Origin: an uncultured Bacteroidales bacterium
Lineage (GTDB): Bacteria > Bacteroidota > Bacteroidia > Bacteroidales > P3
Length of the DNA: 64,000 nucleotides
Reading direction: 5' to 3'
Assembly: GCA_900315335.1 (NCBI GenBank)
Contig: OMYR01000018.1
Span: 3,516-67,515, forward strand
In this document: piece by piece, positions 56,417-63,614 of the stretch
Layout of the letters: every line of letters begins with the position of its first letter
How positions within the stretch are numbered: the stretch's first letter is position 1
Made by a program: the position numbers and the translations under genes
Notes under the pieces: model-generated
What the model was told of the DNA's origin: nothing
The model's database searches: none
The model's input: only the letters and a program-made list of their open reading frames with translations

Positions 56417-56673
56417 GTTTATATCTATTGCTGTGAATTTTTATAACTTTCCAATTTACTATGTAAATTTTTTATAATTTTGCATCTCAAATAAAAGTTT
56501 AATAAAGAATTATTTTGTATTGGAAGCCGAATTAGTTTTGGAAATATTAAATTTGTTTTTACATTATCATCGGAAATTCAAAAAGTCATTTTTTGCAAAA
56601 CGTTTGGTCATTTTTTCAAAAAAGAAAAGCAGAGCGAAGTTGCCCTGCTTTTGGAGAAAAAAAAGAAAATTTT

Positions 56674-56713
56674 TTTGCTTTTCGTTTTGAGAAAATTTGC
56701 TTTTCGTTTTGAG
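56674..56713. repeat. Direct repeat 2 x TTTGCTTTTCGTTTTGAG (22-nt period)
   Basis: Copies at 56674-56691 and 56696-56713, just upstream of the MurG-like fragment. Confidence 0.8.
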
Positions 56714-56748
56714 GATTATAATCGGAAAAATAAACCATATATCATCCT

Positions 56749-56982
56749 ATGAACAACAACAGACATATAAGAAGTCTCATTAGCGGAGGTGGCAATCAGG
56801 GGAATATCCTGTTGGCAGTTAAAATCGCTGACAGACTAAAGGAGATGAATCCAGCAAATGAAATTCTTTTTATCGGAGTTAAAGACCGTGAGGAGATGGA
56901 AATCGTTTCAAAACATGGTTATGACATTGTTGGCATACCTGCTGCAAGGATAGTGAAAGGGGCTTTTATGTCTTATGTGCTA
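56749..56982 (+). pseudogene. 5' fragment of a MurG-like (GT28 N-terminal domain) glycosyltransferase gene, truncated by the IS
   Basis: RSLISGGGNQGNILLAVKIADRLKEMNPANEILFIGVKDREEMEIVSKHGYDIVGIPAA parallels the MurG N-terminus (ISGGGTGGHIFPA...ILFVG...ME...GY.I.G), with a degenerate G-loop. The reading frame runs into the IS terminal repeat after about 78 codons. No continuation is found on the far side of the IS. Confidence 0.65.
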
Positions 56983-58305
56983 TCATTGCTGTCCGGAGAA
57001 ATTTTACCATAAAGTGAGTTGCCTGGCAGAGTCGTCCTCCGGAACATTTAACGGCTCAACAGGTTTGTTATAAAAATCTCGGATGTCTCCTCTTTTGAAG
57101 AGAATCTGTCCGATGGAATTAGAAATTGTATGAAGACTGGGCTTCAATCCATATTGCTTCTTTGCTATAATAAGCAGCAGATAGTCACAAATGGCTATCC
57201 ATATCTGCGTATAGACAGCATTCCTGGATGTGCCATAGAATGTCTTGATATGCAGATGCTGCTTAATCCATTTGAAGAATATTTCAATCTGCCATCTCTC
57301 CCGATACAGTTCAGCAACTGTAAGTGCTTCGACGATGAAGTTATTGGTGAGAAAACGGTAGACTTTTCCATCCCTAAAATCCTCATACACTACAAGCCTG
57401 AGATTATCGGGGTACTTCTTGGAAGTATAATATCCGGAAAGTTTGACCGTTTCGTCAGAAATAAGACCGGCGTGCGAATCAACTTCACGAGACTCGACAA
57501 CTTCGTACAACATATTATCCTTGGCTCTCGTAACGAACCACGCGTGGTTTTGATGGAAGTGCTTGTAAAGCGTATCAAATTTCACATAACCTTTATCCAT
57601 GAGATAGTAGGCGTTCGCTTCTACGGGTATTTCTTCCATAATCTTGGAATCGTGTACAGAGGCTTCTGTGAGGCGGATAAAAGTAGGGATAGAACCATTC
57701 AAATCCATAAGCGTATGCATCTTGAAACCTCCTTTCCCGTGATGAAGCGTGGCCCATGGACACAGAGAAAGACACAATTCAATGGTACTGCTGTCAAACG
57801 CACAAACCATTTCATCAAGGTCAAGTCTGAGTCTTTCTCCCTCATACAACTTCTTGGCCTTCTGTATCAAGACGTAACCAAAGTCCTGATAAATACGCCA
57901 GTCCCTTTTCTCGTTCGCTTCCGCAAGTGTGGATTTCGGCATAATCTTCAGACCGGATCTATACAAGTCTTGCGAGCAAAGATCAAGAGTAGTCTCAATA
58001 TCTCTCAAACCGCTTCTGTCTGTGAATTGCGCAAAACTCATTACCAAGAACTGGTCTCGGCAATTAAACTTTATTGCATGTCGGTCACCTTTGTAATGTT
58101 TGACACACTTGCTGAATTCATATTCGGTAAAAAGAGACATAAGTTGAGCGAAGATTGTTTTGCCTTTATTCATGACTTGCAGAAACTGGATTTAATACCA
58201 TTCTGCAAACTTACGAGTTCTAATCGAAAAATAATTTTTGCCTTGTAACTTATTATATTTTAAATAATTAAATGCTATCGGAGATTTTTTCTCCGGACAC
58301 TAATG
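56983..58305 (-). mobile_element. IS4-family insertion sequence (about 1.32 kb)
   Basis: Terminal inverted repeats CATTGCTGTCCGGAGAAA (56983-57000) and TTTCTCCGGACACTAATG (58288-58305), matching at 16 of 18 positions. A single transposase ORF lies inside. I could not find a flanking direct repeat. Confidence 0.8.
57004..58173 (-). CDS. IS4-family DDE transposase
   Basis: 389 aa. N-terminal MNKGKTIFAQLMSLFTEYEFSKCV (DUF4372-like region common in Bacteroidota IS4 transposases). DDE-region contexts AFDSSTI, YYLMDKGY and ERWQIEIFFKWIKQ. Confidence 0.85.
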   Translation of the reverse strand: MNKGKTIFAQLMSLFTEYEFSKCVKHYKGDRHAIKFNCRDQFLVMSFAQFTDRSGLRDIETTLDLCSQDLYRSGLKIMPKSTLAEANEKRDWRIYQDFGYVLIQKAKKLYEGERLRLDLDEMVCAFDSSTIELCLSLCPWATLHHGKGGFKMHTLMDLNGSIPTFIRLTEASVHDSKIMEEIPVEANAYYLMDKGYVKFDTLYKHFHQNHAWFVTRAKDNMLYEVVESREVDSHAGLISDETVKLSGYYTSKKYPDNLRLVVYEDFRDGKVYRFLTNNFIVEALTVAELYRERWQIEIFFKWIKQHLHIKTFYGTSRNAVYTQIWIAICDYLLLIIAKKQYGLKPSLHTISNSIGQILFKRGDIRDFYNKPVEPLNVPEDDSARQLTLW

Positions 58306-58546
58306 AATGAGTACATGTACACATATATACCTGTGTACATAGACACAGACGATGCCTGTCCACGAATGTTGAACGCACTAATTACTTTTTCTCATAACTG
58401 AGGGGTGCCTGCTCGTGATGAGTAGGCACCCTTGCCTTTTATGATAAAAACATGGGAATGGTCATGGAATGAATCTCGTATTTCATGCAATTAAAGCAAG
58501 GGAAACTAAAAAAATGCACCGTTTGCGTCATTTTTACGCCAAAATA

Positions 58547-58578
58547 TTTGGTTGCGTCAAAATAACGCATTAGCTTTG
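58547..58578 (+). promoter_or_regulatory. Bacteroides-type promoter (TTTG / TAGCTTTG) with embedded palindrome, upstream of the Nudix cassette
   Basis: TTTG at 58547-58550 and TAGCTTTG at 58571-58578 with a 20-nt spacer. TGCGTcaaaataACGCA (58553-58569) lies between the two boxes. Confidence 0.5.
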
Positions 58579-58604
58579 CACCTGTAATTGATAAATCATT
58601 TGGC

Positions 58605-59342
58605 ATGTACACATATAAATATCCTCATCCTGCTGTCACTACAGACAGTGTTATCTTTGGCTTTGATGGGTCGAGCATAAATATTCTCCTCATAGAGCGA
58701 GGTTTGGAGCCTTACAAAGGAACTTGGGCTTTGCCAGGTGGTTTCCTCTGCATGGACGAGACGGTCGAGGAGGGAGCCAAAAGAGAACTTTGTGAAGAGA
58801 CAAACATAAATAATGTCTATCTGGAGCAGTTTCATGTATTCAGTGAGGTTAATCGTGACCCTCGTGAAAGAGTGTTGACTGTTGCATTCTTTGCTTTGGT
58901 GAGCAAAAATGATTTCAAGGTTATAGCTGGTGATGATGCGAGCAAGGCTCAATGGTACGAGTGGAATCACCTGCCCCCTTTAGCCTTTGATCATTCTGAA
59001 ATCATCTCTATGGCAAGAAGGAAACTACAGGAAAAACTTAGAGTGTCACCCATCGCTTTCAAATTATTGGACAACGAGTTTAAGATGGACGAGCTGCAGC
59101 GAATCTATGAGTTAATACACGAGAAGAAGTATGACCGTCGCAATTTCCTTCGCAAGATGGAGGCTTCCGGGTTTCTCATAAAAAAGGAACAGGAAGATAA
59201 TCGTGTATGTGGTATGATGCTCCCTGACGTAATGGAAGACGCTGCTTCCCCACATACCCTCTATGCGTATTCATTTGATGAAGAAGCATTTGCAAAGGCA
59301 AGCACATCCAAAGAATGGCGTAAATATCCTTTTGACTTTTAA
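58605..59342 (+). CDS. Nudix hydrolase fused to a winged-helix domain (NrtR-like ADP-ribose-responsive regulator/pyrophosphatase)
   Basis: 245 aa. Intact Nudix box GGFLCMDETVEEGAKRELCEETNI. The C-terminal 80 aa or so (FKLLDNEFKMDELQRIYELIHEKKYDRRNFLRKMEASGFLI) matches the NrtR wHTH pattern as I recall it. Confidence 0.7.
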   Translation: MYTYKYPHPAVTTDSVIFGFDGSSINILLIERGLEPYKGTWALPGGFLCMDETVEEGAKRELCEETNINNVYLEQFHVFSEVNRDPRERVLTVAFFALVSKNDFKVIAGDDASKAQWYEWNHLPPLAFDHSEIISMARRKLQEKLRVSPIAFKLLDNEFKMDELQRIYELIHEKKYDRRNFLRKMEASGFLIKKEQEDNRVCGMMLPDVMEDAASPHTLYAYSFDEEAFAKASTSKEWRKYPFDF

Positions 59343-59354
59343 TATTATTTGACT

Positions 59355-59867
59355 ATGAGAACAATTAGAATCAACAGAAACTCAGATTTGAGATTACCTC
59401 ATTCTGTACGCTCTTATATTGACGGATGTGCACATGAGTTTTCCGAAACGGATGAATGGACAAAAATCGCTCACATAGCCTATAGGATAAAGCGTGGAGC
59501 AAATCTTCTGCCTTCTTTCATGGAAGACATAGAACGACACATGGCAGATCCAGCCTACCACGACTATGAGAATACGGCAAAGCAAAGTATCGCATCCTAT
59601 ATAGAACTGTTGCGTATTGATGAGAACTATGTCCTTACGATGGAACTGGCAGAAAGCAACAGTTTCCCGAAACTCTTTCAATTATTGACAGAAGAAATAC
59701 TCTATCGCTATTGGGAAAACATCAATGATGGCAAGGTAGAATGTCATTTCGATGATGTACATTATGACTACGATGAGATAGCCTCACGTTATGCAGATGT
59801 GACTACGGCAAGACGTGACTTCATCAAGTACATTTCAACCTCTCAGGAACACACTCCGCAACATTGA
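59355..59867 (+). CDS. Hypothetical protein (170 aa, acidic), cassette gene 2
   Basis: ATG at 59355, 12 nt after the Nudix stop. The track start at 59349 is a TTG. No recognisable motif. Confidence 0.55.
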   Translation: MRTIRINRNSDLRLPHSVRSYIDGCAHEFSETDEWTKIAHIAYRIKRGANLLPSFMEDIERHMADPAYHDYENTAKQSIASYIELLRIDENYVLTMELAESNSFPKLFQLLTEEILYRYWENINDGKVECHFDDVHYDYDEIASRYADVTTARRDFIKYISTSQEHTPQH

Positions 59868-59868
59868 C

Positions 59869-60666
59869 GTGGAAAAACATAACATCAAGCAGAAAAATGG
59901 GTGGGCAACGGTTGCTGAAAGCCTTTATGGTTATACGCTATGGTCTGACAAAGAAGAGGATGAACGCATATATCCTGGTGATGCCACGTTTATCCACGAC
60001 TTCAACAGCAAGGTGGATTCAAAATACAAGTATGTTGTGGGCGTGCCTCCTATGCCATTCTCAGGTAATTTGCTTGACGCCAAGGTTGTCATTCTGACGC
60101 TGAACCCTGGATATGTGGAAAAGGTTAACAAGGACTTATGTATGAACATGAACGATTCAGAGAAAGAGCAGTTGTTATGCTTAATGAGAAACGCACTATC
60201 CTTTCAGGGAGAAGGCATCTATGATGGTAACAAGTGTTCAAGAGCGCAAGGTAATTATTACTGGCAGCAGGCTTTTGACCAACTTGCAATAGAAGCATAC
60301 GGCAAGCCTTCATCAGAGATATACCATCCCATCTTTCACGATATAGCCATCTTTCAGCTCATCGGTTATCACTCAGAAAAATTTAGATACTCTTCGGGCA
60401 TAAAACATCTTCCTTCGACGATATTCACCAATCTGTTGGCAAAATATCTTGCCACGAAGACAGACAAGACCTTTCTCATTCTACGCTCAGAATCACTTTG
60501 GAAGGAAACCTTCGGCGAAGAACTGTGGAGCAAACTGGAGAAAGAAGACCGCCTCATTACCAAGGGGCATAAGGGGATGTCTCAGAAAATCACACGAGGC
60601 AACCTCCAAAAAGACAATGGTTTTGATAAACTTGTCAAACTTTTAAGGAATGATAGTCATGAGTAA
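59869..60666 (+). CDS. Hypothetical protein (265 aa from GTG 59869; 283 aa if ATG 59815), cassette gene 3
   Basis: The in-frame GTG at 59869 lies immediately after the upstream stop (TGA 59865-59867). ATG 59815 would overlap the upstream gene by 53 nt. Contains GNLLDAKVVILTLNPGY and FQLIGYHSEKF. No family confidently recognised. Confidence 0.55.
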   Translation: MEKHNIKQKNGWATVAESLYGYTLWSDKEEDERIYPGDATFIHDFNSKVDSKYKYVVGVPPMPFSGNLLDAKVVILTLNPGYVEKVNKDLCMNMNDSEKEQLLCLMRNALSFQGEGIYDGNKCSRAQGNYYWQQAFDQLAIEAYGKPSSEIYHPIFHDIAIFQLIGYHSEKFRYSSGIKHLPSTIFTNLLAKYLATKTDKTFLILRSESLWKETFGEELWSKLEKEDRLITKGHKGMSQKITRGNLQKDNGFDKLVKLLRNDSHE

Positions 60667-61108
60667 AAACAGAACAGAAAACCCAAATATAGCCTCAGAT
60701 AGAATCGATATTCTTGAAAAGGGTGAGATTTTCGTCTTTTGCAGTAATCTTGCCGGTCATCACATGGGTGGAGCTGCAAGAGCTGCTCACAAGAAGTTCG
60801 GCGCAGAATGGGGCGTTGGTGTAGGACTTACAGGTCAGTCCTATGCCATACCTACCATGCAGGGAGGTGTTGAAACTATCAAACCCTACGTTGATGAGTT
60901 CATTGAGTTTGCAAATCAGCACCAGGATATGAAGTTTCTGGTAACACGTATTGGATGCGGTATAGCAGGCTTCAAGGACGAAGAGATTGCTCCACTTTTC
61001 AGGAATGCTGTCCTTTCAAGCAACATTTACCTGCCACAGACGTTCTTCGACATCCTGCGCTGTCGTTCCCGTCGCCGAGAAATAGGCTACCAGTATTTTG
61101 TCGTTTGA
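60662..61108 (+). CDS. Macrodomain-like protein (A1S_2505-like phage-type family), 3' end chimeric
   Basis: ATG 60662 overlaps the upstream stop (ATGAGTAA). VFCSNLAGHHMGGAARAAHKKFGA and TRIGCGIAGF resemble the two macrodomain signatures. GQSYAIPT is a motif I associate with a phage-borne family. The last 20 codons or so (RCRSRRREIGYQYFVV) are antisense read-through of the truncated flavodoxin gene. Confidence 0.55.
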   Translation, partial: SKNRTENPNIASDRIDILEKGEIFVFCSNLAGHHMGGAARAAHKKFGAEWGVGVGLTGQSYAIPTMQGGVETIKPYVDEFIEFANQHQDMKFLVTRIGCGIAGFKDEEIAPLFRNAVLSSNIYLPQTFFDILRCRSRRREIGYQYFVV

Positions 61109-61198
61109 TTTTCCTTTGCCCATATCCTGTCTTTGCTGTGCGTCGGTGGCGGTCGCCATGCCGACCACCGACAGCAATATCAATAAGAACCTATACAT
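61016..61198 (-). pseudogene. Truncated flavodoxin gene (5' end of about 50 codons only)
   Basis: MYRFLLILLSVVGMATATDAQQ (signal) ... KILVAYFSATGTTAQDVEERL parallels the intact flavodoxin at 46403-46954 (KTLVTYFSATGTTEAVAKQL). It then diverges (WQVNVA) and stops. Full-length flavodoxins are about 160-185 aa. Confidence 0.7.
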
Positions 61199-61206
61199 GA
61201 TGTTTA

Positions 61207-62022
61207 CTATTTGAGTTTGTCATATTCCTCGTCAGTTACGGGTTCCAGCCACTCATTGGAAGCGTTTTCACCTGAAATCTCGAATGCGAGGTGCGCAAAC
61301 CAGCTGTCTGCCGCTGCTCCGTGCCAATGCTTCACATTTGCAGGAATGTGGATGACCGTTCCGGGCAGAATCTCTACGGCAGGTTTGCCTTCTTCCTGAT
61401 ACCAGCCGCGCCCGGCAACACCGATAAGCATCTGTCCGCCGCCTTTCGTTGCTTTGTGGATGTGCCAGTTGTTACGACAACGTGGCTCGAAGGTGACATT
61501 GGATATGTTCACCTGCTCCCGCGAAACCGGTGCGAGATAGCTATTGCCTGTGAAGTACTTGGCATAAGCTGTGTTCGGTTCTCCTATGGGAAAGATCATT
61601 TCACGCTGGAAAGCCGCCTTGGCATCCCCTCCTGTCGTGTCTTCTGCCCACACGTTCTTAGCGAGGTTGAATGCCGCCCAAGCCTTGGGCCATCCGGCAT
61701 AAAAACCGATGTGGGTGATAATCTCGGCAATTTCAGTGCGGGTGATGCCGTTTTTCTTCGCCTCCTGAAGATGAAAACCAAGTGAATTGTCTGTAATTCC
61801 TTGACTGATGAGCGAGGTAATTGTTACAAGACTACGGTCGCGAAGACCGAGTTTATCAGTACGACTCCACACCTCACCGAAGAGGACATCATCGTTAAGC
61901 TCCGCAAACTTGGGAGCGAACTCGCCGAGCTGGTTGCGCCCGGCCGTTTGTACTATCTTTTCCTGTGCCATAACATTGAATGTTAAAATGCTGAATATTG
62001 AAATTAAAATGATTTTATTCAT
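61207..62022 (-). CDS. Carboxymuconolactone decarboxylase-family / cupin fusion protein with signal peptide
   Basis: 271 aa. Signal MNKIILISIFSILTFNVMAQ. CMD region (VWSRTDKLGLRDRSLVTITSL...ITHIGFYAGWPKAW). Cupin region (NNWHIHKATKGGGQMLIGVAGRGWYQ...HWHGA). Confidence 0.75.
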   Translation of the reverse strand: MNKIILISIFSILTFNVMAQEKIVQTAGRNQLGEFAPKFAELNDDVLFGEVWSRTDKLGLRDRSLVTITSLISQGITDNSLGFHLQEAKKNGITRTEIAEIITHIGFYAGWPKAWAAFNLAKNVWAEDTTGGDAKAAFQREMIFPIGEPNTAYAKYFTGNSYLAPVSREQVNISNVTFEPRCRNNWHIHKATKGGGQMLIGVAGRGWYQEEGKPAVEILPGTVIHIPANVKHWHGAAADSWFAHLAFEISGENASNEWLEPVTDEEYDKLK

Positions 62023-62027
62023 GATTC

Positions 62028-63023
62028 TTACTGAATGAAGTTATTGATTCGGTTTGCAGGGTTAAGCGGTGTCTGGTCAGTCAGCACCAGTGACTTGACC
62101 ATGTGCAGCGTTCCCTGCTTGTATTTCTGAAAATGCTCCGAGGCAATGTGCTTCTCGTAGGCTTCACGGCTTGCGTAGGTTTCGAGAATGGTTATCTTGC
62201 AGGGATTCTCTTTTTCACCGACAGCGTACATGGTCAGTACGCCCGGTTCGGTACGCAGGGAGACTTCGCCAACCTCGGTTGCGTATTTCATATACTCGTC
62301 GAGATACTGCGGGTAAACCTCGATTTTCGACAGGCGCACGATACCGTTGGCACCCATCGCTTCCTTGACGCACATTCCCGGCTGCTTGTCCAAGTTCAAA
62401 CATTTTCCGATAATCTCTCCGGTGGCAATATAGGAATAGGTCGGAAACTCGAACAGTACAGGTTTCAATCTTGTATAGTCGAGTTTCCCGTCAGCGTCAA
62501 GTACATCCGGAGCAGCGTAAGTGTTGGCAATGGAGCAGATGAAGTTGTCGAAGCCTTCGGTTTCGTAGATGTCCACCACGTCACACTCCATCGTCAGCGG
62601 TGAGGCATCGATTACGGGCGTTCCGTTTTCTCCCCAATGGTATTCGAATAGGTTTGATTTATCGACCGATGCACCGCTCACGCTGCCCACATAGTCGGCT
62701 TTCGGCAACATTTCGCGACTGACAAGGTTGATAGAAAGTTTCTTTGACTCACGTATCCCTTGATTGGTGTAGTGGCTTTTACTCATGCTCACGAGAATCC
62801 GGTCGTGACCGATGATACCCGTATGTCCCACAACAAGCCAGTTTACCTTGCCCTCTACCTCCGCACCGACAACGGTCATTGGCTTGGGATAGAGAGCAAG
62901 CAGGTTTCCGATATTCTTCTTTTCCATTTCCGTACTGTTTTGTTTGTTTGTCTCTTTTGTCGGCTGCGTATTGCACGACAACAAAAGGGAGAGAAACAAG
63001 ATGGTTAATATTGATTTTCTCAT
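62028..63023 (-). CDS. Flavin reductase-like / ABM (antibiotic biosynthesis monooxygenase) fusion lipoprotein
   Basis: 331 aa. Lipobox LLLSCNTQ. Flavin-reductase-like N-domain (PKPMTVVGAEVEGKVNWLVVGHTG). C-terminal ABM-like domain (IVRLSKIEVYPQYLDEY...TILETYASREAYEKHIASEHFQKY). Confidence 0.7.
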   Translation of the reverse strand: MRKSILTILFLSLLLSCNTQPTKETNKQNSTEMEKKNIGNLLALYPKPMTVVGAEVEGKVNWLVVGHTGIIGHDRILVSMSKSHYTNQGIRESKKLSINLVSREMLPKADYVGSVSGASVDKSNLFEYHWGENGTPVIDASPLTMECDVVDIYETEGFDNFICSIANTYAAPDVLDADGKLDYTRLKPVLFEFPTYSYIATGEIIGKCLNLDKQPGMCVKEAMGANGIVRLSKIEVYPQYLDEYMKYATEVGEVSLRTEPGVLTMYAVGEKENPCKITILETYASREAYEKHIASEHFQKYKQGTLHMVKSLVLTDQTPLNPANRINNFIQ

Positions 63024-63038
63024 TCTTATGATTGCATT

Positions 63039-63614
63039 TCAGATACTTTTAATCATTTTTGCCGGGACACCGCCCACGACCGTATTGACCGCTACGTCTT
63101 TCGTAACGACTGCACCTGCCGCGACAATGGCATTGTCACCGATAGTCACACCTTGTAATATCGTGGCATTAGAGCCAATCCATACATTCTTACCAAGCAC
63201 GATTGGTGCCGGATACGTGTGCTTACGTTCTTCGGGAGCAAGGCCGTGGTTAAGCGTGGCAAAGACTACATTATGCCCGATTTGGCATCCGTCGCCTATC
63301 GTGACACCGCCATGATCCTGAAAATGACAACAAGCGTTGATGAACACTCCTTCGCCTACGGTGATGTTTTTCCCGAAATCAGCGTAAAACGGCGGGAAAA
63401 CACGAAGCGACTGCGGTACTTCATAGCCGAGCAACTCGGATAGCATTCCGCGCACTTCATCCGGCGTATGATAAGCCGTATTCAGACGAAAAGTGATGCG
63501 ACGGGCCTCGTTGCTCATCTCATCCATAAAGCAGTGTATCTCTTCTGTATCAAGAGGTTTGCCCGCATTTGCATATATCTTAAAATCTTCGATTGTCATA
63601 TTTATTTTTTTCAA
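63039..63614 (-). CDS. Sugar O-acetyltransferase (maltose/galactoside acetyltransferase-like, left-handed beta-helix)
   Basis: 191 aa. Hexapeptide repeats (IGDGCQIGHNVVF, IGSNATILQGVTIGDNAIVAAGAVV). Mac-type N-terminus. Start may be ATG 63599 (MTIEDF). Confidence 0.8.
   Translation of the reverse strand: MKKINMTIEDFKIYANAGKPLDTEEIHCFMDEMSNEARRITFRLNTAYHTPDEVRGMLSELLGYEVPQSLRVFPPFYADFGKNITVGEGVFINACCHFQDHGGVTIGDGCQIGHNVVFATLNHGLAPEERKHTYPAPIVLGKNVWIGSNATILQGVTIGDNAIVAAGAVVTKDVAVNTVVGGVPAKMIKSI

Noticed and set aside
57130-58248. 372-aa + strand ORF inside the IS
   Set aside because: It mirrors the transposase gene on the opposite strand. The minus-strand product has recognisable IS4/DDE features, whereas this one has none. 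It is a long antisense shadow ORF.
61211-63443. Numerous 60-166-aa ORFs on the + strand (e.g. 61291-61785, 62103-62603, 62944-63315)
   Set aside because: They are antisense to well-supported minus-strand genes in the higher-GC segment, where stop codons are rarer. They have no motifs.
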